A stretch of 54,261 nt of DNA, the filler included, from Streblomastix strix (Eukaryota), in NCBI GenBank assembly GCA_008636045.1. It is 3 parts of 3 records of this genome, joined end to end, with 100 filler letters (N's around TTAATTAATTAA, not from the genome) between each part and the next. Parts side by side here need not be neighbours in the genome. Positions count along the whole stretch, not along the records: positions 36,250 to 54,261 come from SNRW01000648.1; 2 more parts are not named here. One strand, given 5' to 3'. The notes beneath the pieces are model-generated. The model was not told the DNA's origin, searched no databases, and was given only the letters and a program-made list of their open reading frames with translations. Shown here one piece after another: positions 37,560 through 50,288 of this stretch. Numbering within the stretch: position 1 is the stretch's first letter; the number at the start of each line of letters is the position of its first letter. A program made the position numbers and the translations under genes.

Positions 37560-37703
37560 ATGACTATCTTTGAACCAATTACTGCAAATATAACCATTGC
37601 AATTGAAGCACTTGAATCACTCCATATTGATTGGCATGCTATTTGGAAAGCAATCTATGAGGCAGGAATCAAGTTCGCTTGCGAATCAAAGTTATGCAAA
37701 TGA
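37560..37703 (+). CDS. 47-aa small protein with predicted amphipathic helix
   Basis: MTIFEPITANITIAIEALESLHIDWHAIWKAIYEAGIKFACESKLCK*, relatively GC-rich between T-rich spacers. Confidence 0.45.
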   Translation: MTIFEPITANITIAIEALESLHIDWHAIWKAIYEAGIKFACESKLCK

Positions 37704-37755
37704 ATAAAAAAGTAGTTAGATATTATTATTTTTTAGTTTTTTATCCGATTATAAA

Positions 37756-38343
37756 ATTACACAAACAGAGACAGAATTCGTCACTCTTAAAGCTAATAGT
37801 GAATTTGAAATCTCGACATAAGAGACATGGATTATACGTAGAAAAGAAGATGGATTTATTCCTAAATTCAGTAAGAATAATCGCGGGTATTTGCGTGGAA
37901 ATGTTGGTGGATAAAAATGTGATCTTCATAAAATTATTGCGGAATAATTTGTTACAAATGTTAACCCAATTAATAAGACATAAGTTGATCATAAGGATTA
38001 AAATAAGTTAAGTAACAGTTTAAGTAATTTAAAGTATGTATCAGCAAGTGACAATTGTAAAAATAAATCGAAATATAATAAAGATATTATTTATGAATAT
38101 GTTGATGAAGTTCCTGATGATGCTATTACCATTAGTGATTATGGATTACATTAGTTTGAATTCTATTCCTATAGTTAAGAAACAGAAAAATTTTATTACT
38201 ATAACGGCTTAAAATATAGGGTATTACACATCAATGAGAAAAAACGAAGTGGGTTGTTATTTGTTTATGCTTATGATAATGAAGATAATTTAGTAAAACT
38301 CTATATCAATAAATTCAAAAGACTGTATAACATAGTAAATTGA
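37756..38343 (+). CDS. HNH endonuclease (NUMOD4/HNH_3-like); start codon apparently mutated (ATT)
   Basis: GYLR...LHKIIAEQFV...QVDHKDQNKLSNSLSNLKYVSASDN. Confidence 0.85.
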
Positions 38344-38403
38344 AAATAATAAATGAGGAAACTAGATATTATTATTTTTTTCTACTTTTTTATCCATTTA
38401 TAA

Positions 38404-38739
38404 ATGGCATAGACTGAGACTTACCCCAACATTAGAATTAAATCACGTGATGTATCTCGTTTAATTAATCTACAGCTTAAATATGAATTTGTCTATTAAC
38501 TCCCTGATGACTCTATTCGTATTGAAACTTATGATAGTGGTCGCGGATATTATGAGTTTTAAAATTTTTATTACTATAATTATTGAAGTGATAAATTCTA
38601 CTCACGTAATTTACTGGTATAACCTATTAGTGTGTAAAAGAAGACTGGAACATAAATTGTTTATTTAACTGATGTGAATGATCAGAGAGTAGGTATAAAT
38701 ATCGATAAATTCAAAAGATAACACAGCATAATAAATTGA
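38404..38739 (+). pseudogene. Paralogue of the HNH protein C-terminal domain without the nuclease; one internal TGA
   Basis: YEFVYQLPDDSI...DKFY...INIDKFKR vs YEYVDEVPDDAI...EKFY...LYINKFKR. Confidence 0.65.
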
Positions 38740-38772
38740 AACCATTATTTTTGCTTCCTTACTATAAATTAA

Positions 38773-40571
38773 ATGGCATTAAGACAGATTCAATAACTTG
38801 ATCAATAGAAAAATATAGATTCTTATAACCTAGCTTATTAGTATTTATATAATTTTGACAATACCAATAACGTTATATTAACGAAGACATAGATGGAGGC
38901 ATTATTAGATAAAGATTCAGATAATAGACTAATTGAAAATGGATATTATTACACTTCTCACATAACAACTGATGATTATAATAAATTATGGGATAGATAT
39001 AAAAGTTGGGCAGAGGATGAAAATCCGAATATGTATAAATTTATCATTGCATAGGAGCAAGCTGATTAATAAATTGCTTAAGTGAGATATGGAATAATTA
39101 AACAAAAACCTTAGCCATAATCAATACCTTAATCAATTTAACCAGATCGAAGATCCACACTAATTTAAGTCTATTAGCCTATTAGAACAATTTAACCTAT
39201 GAAACCGAAGGCTAAAAAACAAGCCTACTCAATCAACTCTGTTAATGAACTTAATACATTAAAGAAGTAGGTAATGGATATAGTTAGTGAATAGGAGTAA
39301 TTCAATTTAGATAATCATATAGATCCAAATAAAAAAATAAATGATTTGCCTTCATAAGAAAACATTAATCCAAAACAGCAATATTATAAAAGTTTTCTGA
39401 ATCATAAGTTCAATTAAAAGCAGTTCAAAGTATTGGATTAAATAGCAGAAACTGTTAATTTTGTGGACCAATCTCTTAGTTAATGGTATGACTAATACAT
39501 CTTATAATACTCCGAGAAATATCCATAGAAAATTTATACTTAACATAAGCCAAAGAAATCAAAAAAGTTAGTAAAAGATGATTTATTCTAAGTAATTGCA
39601 TAAAAGCAATTCCCTTTCAAACCAAAGTATGAAGTTATCCGTAAAGCTAACTACTATGATATTCCAACACATTAAACTAAGAACTAATTTGATATTTATC
39701 CTTAGACTAATACCCTAGAACCACATGACTATTAACTCAAACCACTAGCGAAATTTGAAAGACCATACTTCTCACCCAACTATAATTCTTTGGAAATAGA
39801 TTAAGTATTCAAAATGAAAAAGAAATAAGAAATAAAACTATACCTATCTTTTTTAAAGAAAACGTTAAATATTTAATAGTAATATCAGTATCATCTAAAT
39901 TATAAATCCCAATACTTGAAACTTTAAAATAATTGATAAAACTATTTCCAATAGAAGATATTAGAGTAGATCGTGAGAAAGATTATGAATCGAAATTGCT
40001 AAATAATTTCTATAAAGAAAATAATATATACACATTCTTCACAGGTTTTAAATTCATTATCCATAATAGAATAATTGATAGGGCTATTCGATTATCAAGA
40101 AACTCATTTGGTAATAATATTTATGATATTTCTAATGAGTAATTAATGAAATGAACTATTAAATTAAATAATAACATTCCATATATTGCATATCAAAATA
40201 AGTATAGCTCAATATAAGTTTAAAATGATAAGCAAATAGAACATTAATACATCTATCGTTAATAATAAAATTTAAATGATGTATTAAGATTTTAAAAACA
40301 ATTCGGTCAAAAATAATATCAAAAAGGTAATATTTTACTAATGCACAGTGACACATCAAATATGAAACACTATTTTGATAAAATTTGACACAATTTCAAT
40401 AATATTGGTATATTTATGAAATATGTTAATGATAATGTCAAAGTTGAGTTATTGAATCTAAATTGTGATTAAAAAACAGTAGTATTATTAATATTCTTAA
40501 TAAAACTAGTGGCAAAAAATATAAGTGAATTAGATAATGAATATGTAAAATATTTAAGACAAAAATTGTGA
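38773..40571 (+). pseudogene. rve integrase (family B) with long Q/P-rich N-terminus; degenerate
   Basis: FPFKPK, ERPYFSPNYNSLEID, DIRVDREKDY, HNRIIDRAIR. Confidence 0.82.
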
Positions 40572-40592
40572 ATTTATTTTTTTTATTATTGA

Positions 40593-40900
40593 AATGGTCA
40601 ATAAAATATCGTAAATTGAAAATTTAATTAAGGAGTAAATTGACAAGAGATTAGTTGGAAGGCCAAATAAATAAATTAATGATACAGATAGAAAAGAAGC
40701 AATTCATATATAACAATTTGCTACAAAGAGATTGTATGCGTAAAAGAAAGCGTTGATTTACAATAAAAATAATTCATTCAAAATTATTAATGAAATTATT
40801 ATTTGATCATAACTTTAAAGAAGATGATCTGAATTATATGTTGGAATGTTTATAAACTGACATAGAATAAAAGATCGTTGAGAAGAATAATTAAATAGAA
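40593..40900 (+). pseudogene. GRP-motif small basic protein homologue; end approximate
   Basis: KRLVGRPNKQINDTDRKEA; same position downstream of integrase as 1221-1520. Confidence 0.5.
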
Positions 40901-41128
40901 TTTATCTTTAATTAAATTGAAAATGAAATTCCAAATCTTAGTTAGTGCATCACTAATAATCATAGCATTAGTTGAGATAGTTAATCTGTTTTTGATAGCC
41001 AATATATTTGATGTAATAAATGAACTTGAAAAAGGTTTTAAAAGAGATATTCATAAAAAAGTTCAATCTAAAGAATATTTATCTATGTCTAATTGAGAAT
41101 ATATGATTGTTATTTTTGTATTAATGAA

Positions 41129-41689
41129 ATGAGTTTGTGACCTAGGGTAAGTACTATAGCTGAAGTCGATGACATCGACATTTTTGACAAAAAAGCAGAT
41201 TCACTATTTGAAAAAATTTAATTAACATCTATTGAATCTCCATAACATTCCAGTAGGAGAAGAAGCTCAATATTTGAAGATATGTTAGTGACTGATTCAT
41301 CAGTATGCAAATTGTTATTGGATATAATTTGTAAAGATAAACATAGGCTAAAAGAATCAGCTCATTTCATTTTATCTGAACCTTAACTCATTCAAGTTGC
41401 TGCATATACATTTGATGATAATGAATAATAAGTATAACTAAATGAAGATATAAGAACATGTTGTACTAAATTCATGAATATTGGTACTATTGCATTAACT
41501 GAGATCCGTATTGGAAATGTAAATATTTACGCACAAGATGAAAATAAAACTAATTTATTAAGAAATACTTATAAGTTATATCTGCAAAAACGAAGAAAAA
41601 TAAAATATATTTTAGACTTAAGTGATATATCATCATGAGTGATGTAAGCAGTTACGAAAAGATTATTTGCAGTTCTAAATAAAATTTGA
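41129..41689 (+). pseudogene. SxRRRSSIFE conserved protein homologue (two in-frame TGA)
   Basis: SRRRSSIFEDML...KDKHRLKESAHFIL...LFAVLNKI*. Confidence 0.78.
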
Positions 41690-41781
41690 TAGCAAGCAAA
41701 TCTTGATTGCCGCAAATCGAAAGTTTGTTTATCCTGCCAGCTTTGTTGGTATGTAGTTCAAGTAGTTTATTTTTGAATAAA

Positions 41782-42525
41782 ATGATATAAAGTGAAGCAC
41801 ATGTTACTGGTGTTATTTTAATTCATGATGAAATGTTATTTATTAATATTAGATATAATAAAGTTGGCTTAGTGGAATAAGTTCAAAACATTAATATTAA
41901 ATTAATATTTTGTAAAACATCCCACAATCATATGAACAAGAATAGATGAATGCATTGTTACTATTAAAAGCTGAAAAAACTGATATAATTGATGCGTATT
42001 CCAAGAAAAATGAAGATACACTTCTTTTATTGAAAGCTAATAAAATAGATGTTATGGATAGTTATTCTAAGACAGACGATGATGTTTTTCTATTTTTGAA
42101 AGTTGCAAAATCAGACACTTATTTAAAATCTGAAGATGATGCACTCTTTCTCTTGAAAGCTGATAAATCTGAATTAATTGATGCATTTACTAAAGGTGAG
42201 ACAAATAACTTATTAAATAATAAGACTGATATAATAGTTTCTTATACGAAAGATAAAGATGACAAATTATTACTTGCAAAAGCTGATAACATATAATTAA
42301 GTAATTCATTTATTAAATCAGTAACATTATCATAAAATGATTTAGATCCTATAATTTGCTAAAAACCAGATAGTGAAACATATGAGTTTTACACATCTTT
42401 ACGAGTTATGTAATCTTCATCATCCTCAGAAACATAAACTTTTTCCAAGAGTTGAAACAGATAATAAATATGTAAGATTAGATAGTTCAATTAAATAAAC
42501 AATGACAGGAAGATTAGAATATGTA
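41782..42525 (+). pseudogene. Fibre-like repeat protein, truncated
   Basis: N-terminus matches the 12835 gene; LLLLKADK...DAY repeats (supplied ORF 41946-42296). Confidence 0.75.
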
Positions 42526-42539
42526 TGCTCATTTATTAT

Positions 42540-42692
42540 ATCCACTACTATAAAGATTATACTGGACCTGTTGAAGATATGCTCTACAAAAAACTAACTA
42601 TCACCCTACTCTAGGACGCCTTCGCACACAGAACGAATAAGCAATTAAATAGATACTGCTCTCTATAAGAAGATTGGAAGGCTTTCGTGATA
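42540..42692 (+). pseudogene. Short DIRS methyltransferase-like fragment at a rearrangement junction
   Basis: QDAFAHRTNKQLNRYCSL resembles IDMFANRPNRKLK.F at ~24260. Confidence 0.55.
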
Positions 42693-42694
42693 AT

Positions 42695-44770
42695 TTTATT
42701 AAATCTTCATTCAATATATATACATATATATCCATGTTCTTTTTCCTAATATTGTTTTTTATTATCTTTGGCATTTATTTTTTAATTTTAATTAGAATAA
42801 ATTTTCTTTAACATCGAATAGTTTGAATTATAATGCTATAGTGCAAGGTATAATTTCTTTAAATGCTTGATAATTTTATAAGATTACATCATCGAATTAT
42901 GAACGTGATGCTCTAATTATATCTTTTTTGGCCTCTGTGAATAGAATGATTCTTTAGTTACAGCCTTCTATATTTCTGTCTATAAAATAAATAATTAAAT
43001 TATTGTAAAATTCTGTAGTGAAACTGTTAGATAAAGATGTGAAATATTCGACGTCGTCCCTATGTACTGCCTTACATCTGCATACAACATAACGCCTATT
43101 ATTTGCTTCAATTTTGATTGGGAAATCGTTATTGGTTACCATTATCAAATTCATTACTTTCTCTGATGTTCTACGCGGCTAATTTTTTTCATTTATCCTT
43201 ATTTGATTATATGATATTATTGACTTCAACGCATCCATGTTTGAATATCTTGCTTCTCCAAAATTTTTTAAGTTCATTGGCTATTCCAAGCATTATATTT
43301 TCGACGACAGAATTAAATTGTCCTGTAAATTCGCTAATGTCCGTAATATTTTTAATTAAATAACCAGCCAATAATTCACATAAAACATCTGTAAATCTGT
43401 TCATGCCTATTCCTTAACTACCTTATAATATCAATGCCACTTCTGATTTAACATTTACATTTTATATATCAAATGCATTCCAATTTAAGACATAATTATA
43501 TAAATTATCATCTTCTACCGCAATTTTTTTCATAAGTTAAATTTATATAATCGTTAATTAGGTCTTCATCAACAGGAGGCAATTATTAATATTTATAACC
43601 TTAAAATATACTGAAAATTTTTGGTTCATCACTTATAAATCTAATACCTCTCAAAGCAAATAATGAATTTTATTGCTGAAATGCATATTTTAATGTTATT
43701 TTCTTTTATCCATCATCATATATTTTTACTATTTATAATTGGTCAAAAGCCGCTGTTTTAGTCATATATTCAAATTTTTTTTATTTATGGCATCGTATTA
43801 TTTGATGATAAATACCAAGCCACCATGACTAGGTGAATATCTTAAAATTCGTGTTAAATCTTAAGCAATTTAATATTATTTTTATATATTATATTCACCA
43901 TTAAATATTTTTTCTTATATATGTATCTTTTTAAAATTGCTTCAAAAGTCAATATCAAATATATTAATTTATTTTTTTCAATGTTTAACTTCGATTATAA
44001 ATATGGCATTATAGCAACTATGTAACATTATTGATTATGATATTTGACAATCTTTTATAGAAACGATGGAATTGCTTTTGAATAGAATCTTGACCTTTTG
44101 AGCTCCCAATTTTGAGTCGCGTTATCGGGTAAAAATCAATATATGTCTAAACTTTGCTATATACATCTTCAACGAATTTTTTAATTTCCTCCTCATGCAA
44201 TCCTTCATCAAATGCAAAACCATTTAGTCCAGTAAATAGCTATAATAACGTTATCTCTCGTTCGACTTTCTTAGCATCGTTATGTATCCATAAATGTTAA
44301 ATTCCAACAAATATTAAATCTGCCAATTCTTTATTCATTTTTCTTATTGAACCATCATTATCAATTATCGGCTTCTCTTCATCAAATTATGCTCGTAAAT
44401 CAACACCGAAACATCAAATATATCGTCTAATTTTGATAATTTTTTTTCAATCATATTAGTTAAATCAAAATATTTAAAATTTATTTTTTTCTTAATTTTT
44501 TCTTTTCTGATTGTTGAGTTTGGAAGTACTATATGTCTTTAATTTCATTGATTTGAGCAAATATATCATTATCAAAGTTAACAATATGAATAATTTTGAT
44601 TTATGAACTATTTTTTAGCGGGTATCCATCTCTATAGAAATATACATGTAATCCTCCGTGTGCCGTCTTAACGAGTCCAACGTTAGATGGAAAATTTTCA
44701 ATAATTTAATTTCGTATTTTTGGTATTTTTTCATCAATTAATTTGTTCTTTAAATTAAAATCCATTATGC
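42695..44770 (-). pseudogene. AEP primase-SF3 helicase, 5' truncated and degenerate
   Basis: VGLVKTAHGGLHVY; IIQGSQGIGMNRF; IKIEANNRRYVVCRC. Confidence 0.85.
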
Positions 44771-44771
44771 G

Positions 44772-47243
44772 TAATTTTAAAAATTTATAAAGTGATGAAT
44801 TCTAAATAATTAAATATCTTGATAATAATTCATTCGCTAAATAAGTCATCGTTAAACATAACATAACAGAAATCAAAGTGCGGTTCATTGATACGATGAT
44901 TTATTGTATTAAAATGAAATTAAAAACATTTATAAAAAATTTCACACGTAAAACAACATAAAGCATTCAAACGAGATTAAAACATCCATATGAATTCAAA
45001 AACTACGGCAATTATAAAGAAATAATGAATAATCCTTAGCCATTTCCTATTGAAGCGTTTAATAACACAATTTAAAATAAATCTATAAGTCAAGAGAAAT
45101 ATTAAAGGGATTTGGCTATTGTTTAGCATTATTCAAATGATTGGGACTACCATCGACACTACAACCTTGAAGTTACTCGCTTAATGATTCAGCTGTTGGA
45201 TTTCTTAATTGATATGTTCTTCGATTTTAAAATTGACATGTTGTAGTTTATATCGATGTCAGCATGCGCCAATGCTATTATATATGCTCTTGGTTATAGC
45301 AACTTCAAATTCGATTAAGATTACAAGCCAATAGATCATTATGTATCTTTCGTATTTATATAAAATTATTGAAACGTTAAAGATTAAAATTATCTAAAAT
45401 AAGATAAGAGAAGAAATAGAGACACCAGCAACAATACTAAAGAATCCGATTGCGCGTTTTATAGAAAATTATTTCTATCGACAGGATGCCGTTTCTGTAA
45501 GAAACGATTCACAAGCAAAATTTCTCCAATATTAGATAGAAACAACAACGACAGGGGCCATTCTGCCGATAACGTGAAACTATGCAGCTTATTCTGTAAT
45601 AAATTTAAGTCAAATAAAGATGAAAATTTTGCAAGATTAGTAATACGATTAAAGAATTTTTGTTTGTTGAAGTCGCTTCCGATGACAACAACTGATGAAG
45701 AAGTTTATCAAATTTTACGTTTTGGAATCACTGATGGTCTATCATAAGTCATGCATAGATAAAACAATGCAGATGAAACAAAAATAAGTTAATTAAAATG
45801 TATTAACAGAAAGGTCATCAGTGAGGGCACCGACTACATAATGATCCATCAATTAATTCTAGATTTCAATTGTTAATATCCCAATGTTATAAGCTCAGAG
45901 CAGCATAAGTTCTTTAAATATACATCAAATCGTTTATACATGGCAGGACAATTATTGGATAAATTTACTGATAAATAAACAGCAAGAAATTTAATTTATA
46001 ACGACCTTCGATTTAATGACGTTGATGTGATACCGTTGTTTATCGCAGTTGTTAAAAAACACATCGACGAATAACATATAAATGATTTCATTAATTTTCT
46101 TCCGATATAAAGAAATATCGATATAATGACTGATGAAAAAACACTTGGTTCATACATATATAATCAACTACTGAAAAATAATATGTAGCACGACAATATT
46201 GAATGAAAATTAACAAATTTATCATAGACGCATGGGTAATTCATGTCGTTCAATAATTATTATTTATGGCTTCTCATTGATGATTTTAATTTCATTATTG
46301 ACAATATTAAAAGTGATATAATATTCTCGAAGCACGACAAATTCAATACATTTGTTAAGGAATTCATAAATCAAAGAATATAGACAATAAATGAAAAAAA
46401 AATATTTTAAAAATAATAATTCTATAAATTAACTATGAACTCAAGTTATGGAATTGATGGGATGAATTAAGGAAAATATTCGCAAACGAAATTGTTGAGC
46501 TTCGATAGGACGTGGTTATCTCATCACTAATGTCCATTCGTTAATCACTAACAATTAAAAAAGAATTTATTTAGTGTGTAATTTAATACTGAGAGCTGCA
46601 ATTGCAACACTTGCCTCCATTCTGCTTATTTCATGCATGATAATAGCAAATATTGGTATATAAATTTTATCTATAATTATATGTATAAAGCTTTCGATAT
46701 AAACAGGATGCACTATATTTGTGGAGATACTGATTCGATGATGTGGGCCATCAGCGGCAACCCTGATGCAGAAGAGGATAATAGGCAGAAGTTTAAATAC
46801 GTAATCAAGGACTAGAAATTTTTCGATGAAAATTATCTCCTTTCTTCGTTTAATATAAACAATTGTTTGGAGTCAGTTTCGAGACAGAAGGAACGGCTTG
46901 CATTGCTTTAGCTCCAAAAATACTTACATTTATAATCCTCTACCTAATGAAAATGATAAGGATTACAATTATTGTTTGAAAGGAATAATATATATAAAAT
47001 GTTCATTTAAATGATTAAGCTTTCAAATAATCATATTAGAAAGAATCAATTTATGCTCAAAATATTATCATTGGTTAAAGAAATAAATAAATGTCAAAAA
47101 TATCTATAAATAAAGTAGATATTTCATTTATTCATAATATAACGGTTGTACCTGAAAATTAGTGTTGTGCTCCATTCCTTTACATTAACGCATAGCAATT
47201 GAGTTCAGATAATTATACAATTACTAATGCTGATCACTAATGA
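44772..47243 (+). pseudogene. pPolB (family A), 5' truncated within the exonuclease domain
   Basis: Colinear with ~3120-5575 of element 1: LDFNCQYP, MNSSYG, YICGDTDS and the Endo VII insert. Confidence 0.92.
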
Positions 47244-47308
47244 ATGGCATTAAAATTATGCATTAATTTTTCATTATAAATTGAGTTGGGTAATGAATGA
47301 CTTTTGAG

Positions 47309-47400
47309 AGTTCCGAATGTTCTGAGTGTTCCGAGTGTTCCGAGTGTTCCGAGGCAGAAACTTTCTTCAAAAATTGCTATCAGACTGCCATTTTGCCTGA
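47309..47400 (+). promoter_or_regulatory. GTGTTCCGA-type cassette upstream of integrase
   Basis: Five 9-bp units (two imperfect), then cagaaactttcttcaaaaattgct...ctgcca. Confidence 0.55.
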
Positions 47401-47459
47401 TTCTTAATTTATTTCATCAGTGAATTGAACATAAATTTTTTTATTTTTGCAAGAAATAA

Positions 47460-48871
47460 ATGTAAAACGAAAATAGTTTGTTTGAGGATATACTTAGGAC
47501 TTTTGCTGATGTTAAATATCAAAGTGATAAGTATGAATTTGAAGCATAGTAAGATTTCGATGATAATTCATATAAAGTTCATTATAAAATGAGTCTATCA
47601 GAGTTCATATAAAATATCTTTAAAATTGCAAAGGAAATGTATACCGATGTTATGGCATGGAAAGTAGATGAAATAATCATTTGAAAACAAATAGTGACGG
47701 ACAGGTATTATTATTTTATTTCAATTTAATCGTAATATGAAACATGAAAATTAAAAAATAAACAAAAAATAAACAAATGGAAAAAAACGCATAATAAGCT
47801 GTTTGGACATCCAGCCTGCAGGCGCCGGCTAAAGACTAATCCGCACCCGTTTTAAGGTGGTTACAATGAAAATATGACCTATTTACCTTTCAAAACAAAA
47901 TTAAAATAATTTAAAAAAAATAAATAAACATAAATATGCTAATATTCAATATGTACCAGTGAAATATTATAAATTAAAACCATTATAAAGATTATAACGA
48001 CCATATTTCTTTCCAAAATTAGGGAATTGGGAAATAGATATAATCTTTTCAATCGATTAAGACTTATAAGAAAGCAACGATGAATATGATGATGCTATCT
48101 TTGAATAAGACGAAATAAGATAAGGAAGAAAAACAAATATGTATTTATTTCGCATAAATATTAATACAAAATATTTAGTAGTATATCCAATGATAGATAA
48201 ATCAGCAGCATAAGTAGTTGGAAAATTGTAAAAATTAAATAAAAATTAATATATAAATAATATCAGGAGTGATAGTGAGAAAGGATTTAATTGCTCGTAT
48301 TTTGCATTGATTTGATCATAGAATAAAATTAATAGATATTTCATTGATTCAAAATTCATTAATCATAATAGAGTTGTCGATTCAGTTATTCGTACAATAA
48401 CAAATGCATTCAATTATAAATTTAATTAATTTTCAACAAATTCGTAAAGGAAAATAGTTGTTGGTATATACAATAAAACTCCTCATCCAGCGTTTCAAAA
48501 TTAATACAGCCCATATCTAGTTCAATTATCAAAAAATTTTGAAGGATGATATATACGTTCATAAATGAAGAAATTAGAGCGATAATTAGCAAGACAACGA
48601 TAACAGCGCATATTATCGTTTAAGACAGGAAATATAATATTAAAGTATCTTGATTTCTAAAAAACACAATAATAATTTACGAAATAAATAAAAAAATTTC
48701 AATTAATAAGCGGTATTCAATGGATATATGAATTGTAATGTTTTATACAAATTATTGAATTATTTTTATAAAATAAATATAATCAAAACACCTTCATAAT
48801 AATGCAAATATGCTAGTGAAAATAAACAATCTCTTCCTGAATATTATACAATAGAGTTTCTATTTAGTTGA
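47460..48871 (+). pseudogene. rve integrase (family A), degenerate
   Basis: Colinear with 1570-2955: RPYFFPKLGNWEID, NIRSDSEKGF, NHNRVVDSVIRT. Confidence 0.9.
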
Positions 48872-48920
48872 AATAACAAAGATTTATTTATTTATTTTTT
48901 AATTTTTTATCGCATAATAA

Positions 48921-49260
48921 ATGACAGCTATTGAGACAATCAACGAGACTATCAACAAATCATCCCGAACTGAATCAACTATAGGTGGAATCTACGACAT
49001 AGTGTCTTTAACCAAACAAGGATGACCAAGGAAATATACTGATAAAGAATAAACATCGATTGCAGCAAGAGAGCAACGCAAAAATGCATGAATCAGATAT
49101 AAATAAAATTAAATAAACTTTATTTCAAAAGTCAATGATATGCAACTATTGATAATCAAAAAACTTAAAAAATAATCACAAATATTAATAGTTTGATAAC
49201 GATTAATGAAATAATTATATAATTTGACAATAAAAAATACATTAACGAAGATGCAAATGA
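48921..49260 (+). pseudogene. GRP-motif small protein homologue
   Basis: KQG*PRKYTDKEQTSIAAREQRKNA*IRY. Confidence 0.8.
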
Positions 49261-49464
49261 CTCAATCAACGTTAGAACAATATCTATTATTTCATGTTTC
49301 GACTATTTGGCGGGTTGTCTGGCATTTTTCAAAGAACACATTTTACTCATTGCACTCGATGCACTCGGTGCTGTCAAAAGCCAATCACTATCCACATCAA
49401 TTTATCGCTCCTATTCAACGCTTTTCATTAACGTTTTCATTCAGCCAACTCCATCAACGGCGTA

Positions 49465-49727
49465 AGTAGTTATGTGAAAAAGGAGAATGCCATACATTAC
49501 AAGAATATCAAACAATAATGTATATCACTAGTATACTTCAATATTAGCATTCATTCACCATTATCACTAATGTTCTTTTAAAATTTTTTTCAAGTATATA
49601 TTTTCTTTTACATTATTTATTTTCTTTATTTATTATTATTTATTTTCATTATGTATTATTATTATTTATTTTACATTATTTAATGCATTTTTCAATGTGA
49701 GGCACTCTCCTTTTTAACATAACTACT
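49465..49727. repeat. Terminal ~263-bp module bounded by 27-bp inverted repeats (2 mismatches), ending in ACTACT
   Basis: agtagttatgtgaaaaaggagaatgcc (49465-49491) vs ggcactctcctttttaacataactact (49701-49727). Confidence 0.92.
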
Positions 49728-50086
49728 AACAACCTTCAATAAAAACCAAAATTATATGAATATGAATCTAAATTAAAATTCTTTCTCATCTTAAATCTTA
49801 TTACTTTAAATTTTAATTTTTCAAAAATTGTTAAATAAATAAATAAATAATAAAATTAATATTAATAAATTAATATTTATATAATCATAACTGAATGAAT
49901 TATTTAAAAATTTTACTTTCATGCCTACTTTTTTTTTCAATCAAAATTTTAAAAACTTTTTAATAGAATAATTTTTCATAAATGTATCAGTATCAATGTA
50001 TTGAAACCAACAACTGGAATTCGAATTCAGATTTTCGAATAAATTGATGAAAATGGATGATTCGTCACAATGCAGATTTCGAAAAT

Positions 50087-50288
50087 TTTATTCGATAAAA
50101 ACATCTAAATTAATTTTATTAATAATTTTTATAAATAAATAAATCAAACAATTCAAAATTATATATTCAATTAGGAACGCTAATGGAAAATTAAATTTTC
50201 CGCCAAATTTTTTGTAAATAATAAATTATGATTTTTTAATTTATGAAAATTATTAATAAAAATAATTTAGATGTTTTTATCGAATAAA
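50087..50288. repeat. ~60-bp imperfect inverted repeat with ~80-bp loop (MITE-like/hairpin)
   Basis: tttattcgataaaaacatctaaatta... vs ...taatttagatgtttttatcgaataaa. Confidence 0.8.

Larger units (their letters stand above)
36250..49727. mobile_element. Composite of two Polinton families (B-type left part, A-type right part), ending in an ACTACT terminus
   Basis: Two pPolBs, two integrases, two GRP proteins, fibre, primase-helicase, terminal module. Confidence 0.88.

Noticed and set aside
48921..49260. RIP- or methylation-like mutagenesis (TGA at Arg positions)
   Set aside because: Several cases fit CGA>TGA, but stops also arise at Trp and Gly positions; this cannot be established without a substitution spectrum against a consensus.
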